From an uncultured Bacteroidia bacterium (lineage in GTDB: Bacteria; Bacteroidota; Bacteroidia; J057; CALLMJ01), in contig CAZBPK010000131.1 in assembly GCA_964493765.1 (NCBI GenBank), positions 19,875 to 83,874 on the forward strand: a stretch of 64,000 nucleotides of DNA, in the 5' to 3' direction. The notes beneath the pieces are model-generated. The model was not told the DNA's origin. It saw only the letters and a list, made by a program, of their open reading frames with translations, and did no database searches. Of this stretch, positions 1 to 9,226 are shown one piece after another; position 1 is the first letter of the stretch; each line of letters opens with the position of its first letter. The position numbers were made by a program, and so were the translations under genes.

Positions 1-254
1 TAATTCATGACCACCAAACTGAAGATGAAGTTTACTTTACTTTTGAGGAAGAAGGATATTCTGATTCTATCAATCCAGTTGTAATGAAGGAATCCAAAGT
101 TGAACAATCGCATGTTCACTTAGAGGCTACACAAAAATATTTAAGCAATATGATGGGTGATGCACCCGCTTGTAATGTCTGTGGACATATTACAGTAAGA
201 AATGGAACCTGTTATAAATGCCTAAATTGTGGCAATAGCATGGGTTGCAGTTAA
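1..254 (+). CDS. nrdJ: C-terminal fragment of class II (adenosylcobalamin-dependent) ribonucleotide reductase
   Basis: Frame open from the window edge to TAA at 252-254. Translation ...GDAPACNVCGHITVRNGTCYKCLNCGNSMGCS* matches the Cys-rich C-terminal tail typical of NrdJ. Absent from the ORF track because the 5' end lies outside the window. Confidence 0.75.
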   Translation, partial: IHDHQTEDEVYFTFEEEGYSDSINPVVMKESKVEQSHVHLEATQKYLSNMMGDAPACNVCGHITVRNGTCYKCLNCGNSMGCS

Positions 255-331
255 GATTTTTTAAGTTAAATGATTTTTCATAATTGTGAGCCAATGTATT
301 ATTGCGTTGGCTTTTTATTTTTTCTCTTTTT

Positions 332-455
332 GGGCGTGCCCCTTGCTACGCTGCGGGTCGGGGTGCTTCGGGCTTCGCTGTTCGCTTCGGCAATCCTTTG
401 CCTGCTCATACTTCCCTAACAAAGGCAGTGCTGAACCCTTCGCTTCCCTCACGCT
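332..455 (+). repeat. GC-rich structured intergenic element, copy A (124 nt)
   Basis: GGGCGTGCCCCTTGCTACGC...GGCAGTGC...TTCCCTCACGCT. Identical to copy B over its first 69 nt. Lies 77 nt downstream of the nrdJ stop, same orientation. Confidence 0.9.
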
Positions 456-571
456 CTCATTAACAATTAAAATTGTGTAATGGACTTTTGTTGAAATACA
501 ATTTTTTTGCTTGCAAATTTTTGTTTTGTATTTCCTTAGAAAATTTATGGCTTTTTTTTTAAATTATGCTG

Positions 572-579
572 TATCTTTG
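572..579 (+). promoter_or_regulatory. Bacteroidota -7 promoter box TAtcTTTG
   Basis: Exact TAnnTTTG match 9 nt upstream of ATG 588. Confidence 0.45.
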
Positions 580-587
580 CCCTTGAT

Positions 588-2456
588 ATGAATTTTTTAT
601 CCGTTGAAAAACTATCAAAATCCTTTGGTGAAAGGGTACTTTTTCAAGATTTAACATTTGGAATTGAACATGGGCAAAAAGTTGGTTTTATTGCACCTAA
701 TGGAAGTGGAAAATCAACCCTTTTAAATATAATTCTTGGTAAAACATTACCCGATTCAGGCATAGTAGCGATTAAAAAAAATTTAAAAATTGGCTATTTA
801 GAACAAAACCCTGACTTTCAATTTCATAGCAAACTTTCTGATTATCTTTATGATAGTGATTATGAACCTTGTAAAATCTGGAAATCCTATTTACACTCCT
901 TAGAAAATCCCTTAGAACCCAAAGATTACCAAATTTTAATGGATAAAATGGAACAATATCAAGTTTGGACTTATGAAAACCGTTTGAAAGAAATTTTGAA
1001 TCGCTTGGGTTTAGATTGGGAAATGTATATTGATAACCTTTCTGGAGGTCAAAAGAAAAAATTAGCATTAGCTAAATTATTGGTTAACCAACCTGATTTA
1101 TTGATTTTAGATGAGCCTACCAACCATTTGGATTTAGATATGATTGAATGGTTAGAAAATTATTTACAACAAAGTTCCATTACTTTATTTTTGGTTACTC
1201 ACGACAGATATTTTTTAGAAAATGTATGTTCAGAAATTCTTGAACTTTTTCAAGGAAAATTATATTTTTATCAAGGCAACTATCAATATTATTTAGAACA
1301 AAAATCCCATCGACATGAATTATTTTTAAAAGAAATTGAAAAAGCCCAAAACGCATATAGAAAAGAATTAGAATGGATACGTCGCCAACCTAAAGCAAGG
1401 ACTACTAAATCCAAAGCAAGAATTGATGCTTTTTATGAAATTGCAGAAAAAGCTTTCCAAAAAATTGAAAACAAAAAAGTTGAAATTGAAATTAACATGG
1501 AAAGAATGGGCTCTAAAATTTTAGAAATTCATAATATTTCCAAGTCCTATCAAAATAAAATTTTGTTTTCCCAATTTACCTATAAATTCAAGCAGGGGGA
1601 AAAAGTGGGTATTATTGGAAAAAATGGCAGTGGAAAATCTACATTTTTAAAAATTTTAATGTCTGAAATTGAGCCTGATACAGGTAAAGTGGTTTGGGGT
1701 GATACTATAAAATATGCTTACTACAGCCAAGAAGGTTTGCAAGTAGATGAAAACAAAAGAGTCATTGAAGTGGTTAAAGATATTGCTGAATATATCCCTT
1801 TGAAAAAAGGTCGTAAACTTTCAGCAATTCAATTATTAGAAAAATTTTTATTTCGTCATGAACAGCATTACACTTTGGTAAGTCAGTTAAGTGGAGGTGA
1901 GAAAAGGAGATTGTATTTGGTTACTTTACTAATGAAAAACCCTAATTTTTTGATTTTAGATGAACCTACTAATGATTTAGATATTGATACACTCTCTGCT
2001 TTAGAAGATTTTTTGGATGATTTTCCGGGTTGTATTTTAGTGGTTTCTCATGACCGATATTTTATGGATAGGGTAGTTGAACACTTGTTTGTTCTTGGTG
2101 AGTTGGATCACGGAGAAATTAAAGATTTTCCAGGTAATTATACTGAATTTTTAGCTTGGAAAGAAGTTAATCTTAATCATAGTTCGGCTAAAACTCAAGA
2201 AAATACAGTACAATCCAAAACCTCACAAAATTTAGAAGTTAAAAATGCTACCAAAAAATTAAGTTACAAAGAACAACGTGAGTTGCAACAAATAGAGAAA
2301 GAATTACCCGATTTAGAACAAAAAAAGAAAGATTTAGAACTTGCAATGAATCAAAACCTTACTTTTGAAGAATTGCAAAAAATCTCTAAAGAATATGAAT
2401 TGATCAATGAAAAAATTGAGGAGTATTCTATGAGGTGGTTAGAACTATCTGAGTAA
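588..2456 (+). CDS. ABC-F family ATPase (two ABC ATP-binding domains, no TM domain; Uup/YheS-like)
   Basis: Two Walker A motifs (GPNGSGKST, GKNGSGKST), two LSGGQ/LSGGE signatures, an inter-domain linker and a C-terminal coiled-coil tail. Confidence 0.9.
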   Translation: MNFLSVEKLSKSFGERVLFQDLTFGIEHGQKVGFIAPNGSGKSTLLNIILGKTLPDSGIVAIKKNLKIGYLEQNPDFQFHSKLSDYLYDSDYEPCKIWKSYLHSLENPLEPKDYQILMDKMEQYQVWTYENRLKEILNRLGLDWEMYIDNLSGGQKKKLALAKLLVNQPDLLILDEPTNHLDLDMIEWLENYLQQSSITLFLVTHDRYFLENVCSEILELFQGKLYFYQGNYQYYLEQKSHRHELFLKEIEKAQNAYRKELEWIRRQPKARTTKSKARIDAFYEIAEKAFQKIENKKVEIEINMERMGSKILEIHNISKSYQNKILFSQFTYKFKQGEKVGIIGKNGSGKSTFLKILMSEIEPDTGKVVWGDTIKYAYYSQEGLQVDENKRVIEVVKDIAEYIPLKKGRKLSAIQLLEKFLFRHEQHYTLVSQLSGGEKRRLYLVTLLMKNPNFLILDEPTNDLDIDTLSALEDFLDDFPGCILVVSHDRYFMDRVVEHLFVLGELDHGEIKDFPGNYTEFLAWKEVNLNHSSAKTQENTVQSKTSQNLEVKNATKKLSYKEQRELQQIEKELPDLEQKKKDLELAMNQNLTFEELQKISKEYELINEKIEEYSMRWLELSE

Positions 2457-2494
2457 TTACAGAAAATCAGAATAAAAACAAAGTTTTTAGGGAA

Positions 2495-2623
2495 AGCGTG
2501 AGGGATGCGGAGGGAGCGAAGCTGCACTGCCTTTGGCTGCGAAAAATGAGCAGTCAAAGGATTGCCGAAGCGAACAGCGAAGCCCGAAGCACCCCGACCC
2601 GCAGCGTAGCAAGGGGCACGCCC
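2495..2623 (-). repeat. GC-rich structured intergenic element, copy B (129 nt)
   Basis: The reverse complement aligns end to end with copy A. Lies 23 nt downstream of the stop of the minus-strand gene 2647-4041, same orientation. Confidence 0.9.
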
Positions 2624-2646
2624 AAATAATTTATAAAGAATAATTT

Positions 2647-4041
2647 TTAAGAATTTTCAATCCAATGGGTTTTGATATTTACTAACTCTCTGGGGATTAA
2701 GGTACTCCATAAACCTAATTGAGCTCTTGCGTCATTACCCCAGCCCGGTACGGAAACTACTCCAGGAGGTCCGTTAAGTCCTAAACAAACTACTGCTTGC
2801 ATAGCTAATTTTCCTACTTTTGGATCACTATGTTGAATTGCTAAACGCACACCCACTTCATTCAATTGATTTAAAAAGTTTTGATCTTGAATAGGCGCAG
2901 CTTCACCATGAATGCCGTTCACTCCGATGATATCAAAGCGTTTTTTTTCAATTTTGAGAGGTAAAGTACTCCAAATTTCTTGAACAGCTTGAATAAATTT
3001 TTGTGCTTTTGTATAAGCGAATGGATAAGAAAAAAAGAAAAATTGGTCGGTCATAAAACCTTCCATCAATCCAATACAAAGTTTGAGTTTTTCGGGTCTT
3101 GGTTTTCCTTTGGCACCTTTAACTTCCACTTTTCCATTTTCTAATTCAGTGATTTGAACGTGTGTAAAGTCACAGATTACGTCGGGAGTAATATAGTTTT
3201 GAGGGTCATGAACTTCATAAACCAACTGTTCTCTTAAAGTATTACGGGATAGCTTTCCACCCATAAAATCGGGTTTAAATAAATGAGCAGAACCATTTTC
3301 AAAAACGGTAGCAATAGGGTATCCTAATCTGCTTAAATTATAATCCATAGGCCACTCAGCATAAGAATTGCCCCCTGAAGCCTGCCCACCACATTCTAAT
3401 AAATGTCCAACCAAAATACCACTTGCAAGTAAATCCCAATCTTTGGAATCCAAATCACTGCCAATTTTCCAACCAAATTCATGAATTAAAATTCCTAAAG
3501 TTAAGGCGGGATCGGCAACTCTACCAGTAAGAACAATATGAGCACCTTGATTTAAAGCTTCTGCAACTTCTTTTGCACCCGTATAAACATTGGCATGAGT
3601 AACAGTAAATTGATTTTCAGAAAAGTTACGATTGTCATCTATGTTGGTTAATGGTTCTCCTTTTGATTGGATATCCCCTAATTTAGACATTAAGTCATCG
3701 CCTGTTAAACAAGCAATTTTAATATCATTAAGCCCAAGATTTTTTAAAATACTTTGAATTTTGACTGCTGCAGAAAGTGGATTTAAACCACCGGAATTGG
3801 TAACAATTTTTGCTCCTTTTTTTAGTGCGGTTGACCAAACCATTTTCGCTAAAATTTCAATATCACGGGCATAACCCATTTCAGGGTCTTTTAATTTATC
3901 TTTTTGAAGAATAGATAAAGTTAATTCTGATAAGGCATCATGAACCAAATATTGAGCAATACCGGCTTGAGCAATCATAGCACCCGCCATTGGGCTATCT
4001 CCATAAAAACCTTGCACACCAGCAATCGTTACTGATTTCAT
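2647..4041 (-). CDS. AtuA-like / DUF1446 family protein (acyclic terpene utilisation family)
   Basis: 464 aa. The N-terminus IAGVQGFYGDSP and overall length recall the DUF1446 family. Assignment is from memory of the family, not a search. Confidence 0.65.
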   Translation of the reverse strand: MKSVTIAGVQGFYGDSPMAGAMIAQAGIAQYLVHDALSELTLSILQKDKLKDPEMGYARDIEILAKMVWSTALKKGAKIVTNSGGLNPLSAAVKIQSILKNLGLNDIKIACLTGDDLMSKLGDIQSKGEPLTNIDDNRNFSENQFTVTHANVYTGAKEVAEALNQGAHIVLTGRVADPALTLGILIHEFGWKIGSDLDSKDWDLLASGILVGHLLECGGQASGGNSYAEWPMDYNLSRLGYPIATVFENGSAHLFKPDFMGGKLSRNTLREQLVYEVHDPQNYITPDVICDFTHVQITELENGKVEVKGAKGKPRPEKLKLCIGLMEGFMTDQFFFFSYPFAYTKAQKFIQAVQEIWSTLPLKIEKKRFDIIGVNGIHGEAAPIQDQNFLNQLNEVGVRLAIQHSDPKVGKLAMQAVVCLGLNGPPGVVSVPGWGNDARAQLGLWSTLIPRELVNIKTHWIENS

Positions 4042-4130
4042 TATTTTAAATTTGGCTGCAAATTAAGAATAAAAACTATACTTACAAATATATTTTTGTA
4101 TTTTTTGAGGTTGTTTTGGGAATTGGGTTT

Positions 4131-5006
4131 TTAATTAGAATCTACTTCCGCATTCATGTACCTTAAAACCAAAGTTTTTGTTGGGCTTTCCAAAAATTCA
4201 ATGGATTCTTCAGGTTCTACTAATTCATAAACTTCATTTTCTTCAAAGCCTATATAATCACCAGATTGTAAATCTTTTTTTTCAAACCATGCATATTCGA
4301 TTATGTCGTTAAAAAGTTTTTTGACTTTCATAGGGTCTGTATGATCGGAATAAAAAGCGAAATCTGGGATTCCAAAAACATGGTGCCCTTTAGAAAAAAA
4401 ACAATTGGATTTTTGATTGGAAAAAGGTGAGGATACATCTAAAGAAGTTTTAATAAATCCTGTCCAAAACAAAAAAGGTGGAGAATTTCTACAAAGGTTT
4501 ACCATATTGTTAAAAATCATTTTTGGCAATAATCCAGCAGGATGGTAAGTCCAGGCAGGTTCATTAATAATTCCAAGTAGTTTATCATTATAAAAACAAG
4601 CAGCAATTTTATAAAGTGCTATGTAATTTTCAATGGGGTTTTGTGATTTTCCCGCATAAACTAAGTTTAGGGTAGCTTGGGTAGATAAAATTTCTTCTTT
4701 AAATGAATTTTGCCAATGTGCAGTATGGATACAAGATTCCATTACATGATCAGGAAAACGTGCAGCATTGCCAAGTAACAGGATTTTATGGTCTTCAAAT
4801 TCAATAAAACCATGAATAGTTTTAGAGCTTGGGTCTTCTTCAAAATTTAATTGAATAGGTGAGTTTATGGGTTCAATTTTGGGTATAGTTTGATAAAATA
4901 TATCTGGATTTAAAGTTGGTAATGATTTTAAACCCAAAGATATTGAGGGTATAAATGGTGAATTTAATGATTTTTGAATTTGTTGAAAAAAATGAAAAAT
5001 TTTCAT
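4131..5006 (-). CDS. Hypothetical protein, last gene of a three-gene overlapping operon
   Basis: 291-aa ORF. Its ATG overlaps the upstream gene's stop (ATGA at 5003-5006). No motif recognised. Confidence 0.55.
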   Translation of the reverse strand: MKIFHFFQQIQKSLNSPFIPSISLGLKSLPTLNPDIFYQTIPKIEPINSPIQLNFEEDPSSKTIHGFIEFEDHKILLLGNAARFPDHVMESCIHTAHWQNSFKEEILSTQATLNLVYAGKSQNPIENYIALYKIAACFYNDKLLGIINEPAWTYHPAGLLPKMIFNNMVNLCRNSPPFLFWTGFIKTSLDVSSPFSNQKSNCFFSKGHHVFGIPDFAFYSDHTDPMKVKKLFNDIIEYAWFEKKDLQSGDYIGFEENEVYELVEPEESIEFLESPTKTLVLRYMNAEVDSN

Positions 5007-6028
5007 AGGGCTTTAAGAAAAGCATGTAATTTTAACCAACTATCATTTTGTATTGCGGGAAAATTAGCAATTCTGAAAGTATTATTTTTCCAATTTCCAT
5101 AACCTGCACCTAAGGTAATTTGATGATTTTTAGCTTTTTGAATGATTTCAGTTGGATTATTATCCTGAAAAGCCCAAACTGTGGTTGCTGTATTTTTAGA
5201 TTCTAACAATTGGAGATTTTGATGAGACTGAAAAAATAAATTTTTTCTACTTAGAAGAACTTTTTCTACAATACTAATTTCAGGCATTTCTTTGAGGCAT
5301 TCATTTAAACACCAAATATTTAGTAAATTAGGGGTATTGGTAGTTTGCCATTTTTTGAAATTTTTAGATAAATTCAATATTCCATTGTAATAATTCCAAT
5401 TTTTTTTGATAGCTCTTTGAACAGCATTCTGATTGACAACCATAACAGCCATTCCGGGAGGTAAACCAAAACATTTTTGCACAGAGGCAAACCAAACATC
5501 AGCAGTTTCCCAAGGCAAATCTACTCCCCCCATGCTCGCAGTTGCATCTACAACAATACAAGAATTAGGATTTTTTTCTCTTAAATTTTTTAAAAACTCA
5601 TTAGGTAATTGGCTTCCATTGGAAGTTTCTGTATGAACAACACCAATAAATGCTTCTGAACGCTCTTGAATTTCTGGTAAAGTGTTGACATCAAATGGGA
5701 TAGGTGTAGCAAAACTCATTCCTTCTTGAACATATTCAAACCATTTTTTTCCAAAATTTCCATTAAAATAGAATAAGGCTTTAGTGAAAATTAAACTATT
5801 GGCGGTTAAATTCCAAGCTTCTGAAGCGGAAGGCACAAAGTAGAGTTCAAAATCTTTGGGAAGCTTTAATTTTGTTTGAAAGGATTCATAAATAGACTGA
5901 TAAACATCCATAAAGAGCTTGTTTCTATGATAACTAGAAAGAAAATTTATGTCTAAGGATTTTTGTACCCAGATTGGAAAATTTTTATGTAGTTGAGAAG
6001 GACCAGGTAGAAAATTAAATTTTTCCAT
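5003..6028 (-). CDS. Class V PLP-dependent aminotransferase, phosphoserine-aminotransferase (SerC)-like
   Basis: N-terminal FNFLPGPSQL, DATASMGG, a PLP-lysine context SVQKCFGLPPG and C-terminal FRIANFPA resemble the SerC/class V fold. Confidence 0.7.
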   Translation of the reverse strand: MEKFNFLPGPSQLHKNFPIWVQKSLDINFLSSYHRNKLFMDVYQSIYESFQTKLKLPKDFELYFVPSASEAWNLTANSLIFTKALFYFNGNFGKKWFEYVQEGMSFATPIPFDVNTLPEIQERSEAFIGVVHTETSNGSQLPNEFLKNLREKNPNSCIVVDATASMGGVDLPWETADVWFASVQKCFGLPPGMAVMVVNQNAVQRAIKKNWNYYNGILNLSKNFKKWQTTNTPNLLNIWCLNECLKEMPEISIVEKVLLSRKNLFFQSHQNLQLLESKNTATTVWAFQDNNPTEIIQKAKNHQITLGAGYGNWKNNTFRIANFPAIQNDSWLKLHAFLKAL

Positions 6029-6434
6029 TTTTTATAAGTTGTTGAAATTCAGAATAATCTCTTATATAATCGTTTTCGTTGTATAAGCTAGAAGCAAAAA
6101 CTAACTGAACGGCATTAAAATAGTATTGCATAGTATGCCAAGCCTTTGGAGGAATATACAGTCCAATAGAAGGTTTTTCTAAAACAAATGTCTCTAATTT
6201 TCCACTGGGCAATTCTGTATTGACAACAATTCTACCTGCTGCTGCAATTAATATCATTTCAGTTTCATGATGAGCATGTCTTCCTCTAACAATGTGATCA
6301 GGAGTTTGGTAGGTCCAGAAAGTTCTTTTTACTTCAAATGGAATGGATTTCTCAAATTCAGCAATAGAAATAAATCCTTCGCCAATTTCTCCAACTGTTT
6401 GAAATTCAATTAAATAGGGTTTATTATCAGACAT
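6015..6434 (-). CDS. fdtA: WxcM/FdtA-like cupin (sugar 3,4-ketoisomerase family)
   Basis: 139 aa. Motifs FEVKRTFWTY, RGRHAHHETEMILIAAAG and YIPPKAWH are typical of FdtA/WxcM-like domains. Overlaps the downstream gene by 14 nt. Confidence 0.75.
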   Translation of the reverse strand: MSDNKPYLIEFQTVGEIGEGFISIAEFEKSIPFEVKRTFWTYQTPDHIVRGRHAHHETEMILIAAAGRIVVNTELPSGKLETFVLEKPSIGLYIPPKAWHTMQYYFNAVQLVFASSLYNENDYIRDYSEFQQLIKNGKI

Positions 6435-6455
6435 AAGTTATCAATAAAAGGTTCG

Positions 6456-6463
6456 CAAATATA
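6456..6463 (-). promoter_or_regulatory. -7 promoter box TAtaTTTG (minus strand)
   Basis: Plus-strand CAAATATA, 22 nt upstream of ATG 6434. Confidence 0.45.
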
Positions 6464-6501
6464 GTTTTATTTTGTTTTTAATTACTAATATTTAAAATTT
6501 T

Positions 6502-7620
6502 CTAAGGATTTATCAAAGGATATTCAAAACATTCATTCCCTACACAGAATTCAAAAAAATAATTTGATTTTGGAAGCCCTGAAATACTAATACTTCCTTC
6601 AAAATTTCCTTTCTTCAAAGTAATATTCTTGGATTTTAAAATCTCACCTTTTGAGTTTTTTAGACGTATGGTAGCTTTTTGAGGTTTTTGGACTTTGTAA
6701 ACATAATTGTATTCGTTAGGTTGAGTTGAGGGTTTTGGGGGAGAAACCCAAAAATTTTTAATTACTTTGGGTTCAATACAATAATCAGAAGAAGTCCAGA
6801 TATCATTTTTATAATAAGCTAATAAACGGAAGCATTTTTTTTCTGAATCAAGTTGATCGGGATTAAAAATGTATTCCATAAAATTTTGATTAGCAAAAGT
6901 ATAATTTTGAGCATTAAAACAACTCAAAGTTTTATAACCATTTTGCATTTTGATTTGCAAGGCATAGCCTAAGACATCAGGATTTTCATGTGTCCATTGT
7001 ATTTTGAGTTGGTTATTTTGGGAATCTATTTGAAGGGGTTGTTTCCAATTTGGGGTTCTGGGTAAATAATCAAAACGTAGGTATTTACAAAAATCAAAGG
7101 GATGGAACTCCTCTAATTCAAAAACACCAACAGTAAATTGGCAGATGGTTCCATCAAAACCATCAATGTAAAGCATAAGTTTTGAGTATTGTTGAGGGTT
7201 TTGAATGTTAAATTTTATTGTATCACCAACATCCTTAGTTGCACAAGCAATGAAATTTTGAGAAAGATTTTTGCAGTCATAAGTGGAATATAAAATGGAT
7301 TGAACGCCAGCAGGCGTATTACAAAGAAAGGGATAGATGATTATTTGTAAAGGTTTATGGACGTTTTGAGTTTCAATGGAGTACCATAAATCGTTTTCAA
7401 AGGTGTTAATGCAAGAGTTAGGAACAGCAGGCGGAAGTTCATTTTTGTTTAAAGTTGCAAATTGATTATTTTGGTCTTTGAGCCATTCATTAATTTTAAG
7501 TGGAGTAGGGGAGAAGCAGTCGTCGTTATTGGGTTTTTGGGCAAAAGTAATAAAAGAGAAGCAGATAGAAAAGGCAAAAATGATGGTGGTAAAGCGTGAG
7601 GGATGTGAAGGGTTTAGCAC
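6502..7620 (-). CDS. Secreted hypothetical protein (signal peptide; possible beta-sandwich C-terminal domain)
   Basis: The ORF-track start at 7755 reads through repeat copy C. There is no in-frame ATG before the hydrophobic signal segment. In-frame GTG at 7620 gives MLNPSHPSRFTTIIFAFSICFSFITFAQ|K. Confidence 0.55.
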   Translation of the reverse strand: MLNPSHPSRFTTIIFAFSICFSFITFAQKPNNDDCFSPTPLKINEWLKDQNNQFATLNKNELPPAVPNSCINTFENDLWYSIETQNVHKPLQIIIYPFLCNTPAGVQSILYSTYDCKNLSQNFIACATKDVGDTIKFNIQNPQQYSKLMLYIDGFDGTICQFTVGVFELEEFHPFDFCKYLRFDYLPRTPNWKQPLQIDSQNNQLKIQWTHENPDVLGYALQIKMQNGYKTLSCFNAQNYTFANQNFMEYIFNPDQLDSEKKCFRLLAYYKNDIWTSSDYCIEPKVIKNFWVSPPKPSTQPNEYNYVYKVQKPQKATIRLKNSKGEILKSKNITLKKGNFEGSISISGLPKSNYFFEFCVGNECFEYPLINP

Positions 7621-7721
7621 TGCCTTTTTGGGCTTTTGGAAAAAGGAAAAAAAGGATTGCCGAAGCGAACAGCGAAGCCCGAAACAGCCCGACCCAAAGC
7701 GTTTAGCGAAGGGACACGCCC
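7593..7721 (-). repeat. GC-rich structured intergenic element, copy C (129 nt)
   Basis: Reverse complement GGGCGTGTCCCTTCGC...GGCAGTGCTAAACCCTTCACATCCCTCACGCT. Lies 11 nt downstream of the gmhB stop, same orientation. Overlaps the 5' end of the next CDS. Confidence 0.9.
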
Positions 7722-7732
7722 AAAATATATAC

Positions 7733-8242
7733 CTAAACCAGAATGCTAAGAACATCAGAAATTTCTGGAAAAAAATAATCTGCGGAATACATAGGGTCTT
7801 GCACGCCCACTAATACAGTTGTAATTCCCAGCAATTTTGCTGGTGTTAAATCATGTTGTTTGTCTCCGAGCATAAAGGAAATATTAGGGTCTATATTAAA
7901 GGAATGAATAGCCCTTTCAAAAAATAAATTTTCCGGTTTTCTACAAAGGCATCGTGTTTGTTCAGGGTGATGAGGACAATAATAAACATGGTCAATTTTA
8001 GCACCAAAAGCTAGTAAACGATTTAACATAAAATCATGAATGATTTGTAAATCGGTATGAGTATAAAGCCCTTTAGAAATGCCTCCCTGATTGGTAATAA
8101 CGATAACTTTATAGTTGAGCCAATTAGCCATTGAAATAAGCTCAACAATACCGGGTTTGAATTGGAATTTTTCTAAAGAAGTAATATATCCAACTTCTTC
8201 GTTGATTACACCGTCTCTATCTAAGAACAATCCTTTGTTCAT
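7733..8242 (-). CDS. gmhB: D-glycero-D-manno-heptose 1,7-bisphosphate phosphatase (HAD-IIIA)
   Basis: FLDRDGVIN catalytic motif, ITNQGGI, Zn-finger insertion CPHHPEQTRCLCRKP and GDKQHD. Confidence 0.8.
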   Translation of the reverse strand: MNKGLFLDRDGVINEEVGYITSLEKFQFKPGIVELISMANWLNYKVIVITNQGGISKGLYTHTDLQIIHDFMLNRLLAFGAKIDHVYYCPHHPEQTRCLCRKPENLFFERAIHSFNIDPNISFMLGDKQHDLTPAKLLGITTVLVGVQDPMYSADYFFPEISDVLSILV

Positions 8243-8257
8243 GAACCATAATAAGGG

Positions 8258-9220
8258 TTATTTATTTTCGTTTTGTGGAGACTCTACGAAGGATTCCCGC
8301 ATTTTTGTATCGGCTTGAATGTTTTTCATTTTCAAATAATCAAAATAACCAAGGTTTCCAGATTTTAGAGCTTCTGCTATAGCTAAAGGAATTTGAGCTT
8401 CAGCTTCAATTAATAGGGCTTTCATTTTTTGAATATTTGCAATATATTCTTGTTCTAATGCAACAGCCATAGCTCTTCTTTCTTCTGCTTTAGCTCTTGC
8501 AACTTGCAAGTCTGCGTCGGCTTGGTCAGCTGCTAATTTAGCACCGATGTTTTCGCCTACATCAATATCTGCAATATCTATAGAAAGTAATGTGTAAGCT
8601 GTATTGCTATCTAAACCTCTTGCTAAAACTTGTTTAGAAATTGAATCTGGGTTTTCAAGAACAGTTTTATGGGATTCAGAAGAACCTATAGTAGAAACAA
8701 TCGCTTCACCAATAGGAGCAAGAATAGTTTCTACTCCAGCACCACCCACTAATCTGTGAATATCTGCTTTTAATGTTACTCTAGAATTTACTACTAATTG
8801 AATACCATCTTTGGCTACGGCGGTTACAGGTGGTGTATCAACGACTTTAGGATTTACGGAATCATGAACTGCTGTATATACGTCTCTTCCAGCTAAGTCA
8901 ATCGCGGCGGCAAGTTTAAAGTTTAAGTTAATATTGGCTTTATCTGCAGAAATTAATGCATTTACTACAGCGTTTACATTTCCTTTTGCTAAATAGTGAG
9001 TTTCTAAATCAGGTAGTGATAAACTTAAACCTGCTTTGGTTGCTTTGATTAAATTGTTTACTATTAAAGAAGGGGGCACCTGTCTTAATCTCATTCCAAT
9101 CAATTGCCCAATTCCTACATAAACACCTGAAGATAAGGCATTTATATAAACCCCAAAAGGTACAAAATAAATAAATACAAAAAAGCCAAGTAAAATTATG
9201 GCAATAAATCCAATTTCCAT
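8258..9220 (-). CDS. floA: Flotillin-like protein FloA (SPFH domain, UPF0365/YqfA family)
   Basis: N-terminal TM segment followed by GMRLRQVPP and an SPFH-type body with a Glu/Ala-rich coiled coil ([19 protein letters not shown]). Confidence 0.8.
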   Translation of the reverse strand: MEIGFIAIILLGFFVFIYFVPFGVYINALSSGVYVGIGQLIGMRLRQVPPSLIVNNLIKATKAGLSLSLPDLETHYLAKGNVNAVVNALISADKANINLNFKLAAAIDLAGRDVYTAVHDSVNPKVVDTPPVTAVAKDGIQLVVNSRVTLKADIHRLVGGAGVETILAPIGEAIVSTIGSSESHKTVLENPDSISKQVLARGLDSNTAYTLLSIDIADIDVGENIGAKLAADQADADLQVARAKAEERRAMAVALEQEYIANIQKMKALLIEAEAQIPLAIAEALKSGNLGYFDYLKMKNIQADTKMRESFVESPQNENK

Positions 9221-9226
9221 GATGAT

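Noticed and set aside
286-480. 64-aa ORF (MSQCIIALAFYFFSFWACPLLRCGSGCFGLRCSLRQSF...) covering repeat copy A
   Set aside because: It is just a translation of the GC-rich repeat element. Similar peptides appear wherever the element occurs (40197-40434 and the first 45 codons of 6502-7755), but in different frames and with frame-breaking indels between copies. A protein-coding role is therefore unlikely.
772-1068. Minor opposite-strand or alternative-frame ORFs inside well-supported genes (772-1068, 2351-2557, 5433-5636, 7478-7813, 8115-8318, 10401-10721, 14232-14474, 15080-15292, 16661-16861, 17490-17708, 18824-19024, 22786-22971, 23991-24185, 25351-25569, 26904-27086, 29573-29764, 30384-30578, 31133-31357, 42761-42982, 43355-43654, 47039-47224, 47517-47783, 48034-48234, 50446-50685, 55645-55866)
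   Set aside because: Each lies within or largely overlaps a longer ORF with clear family motifs. Their sequences are low-complexity or hydrophobic noise typical of AT-rich DNA.
7621-7755. N-terminal 45 codons of the ORF-track call 6502-7755
   Set aside because: This extension is the read-through of repeat copy C and overlaps the gmhB 3' end (7733-7755). The signal peptide begins after it, so I shortened the CDS to GTG 7620.
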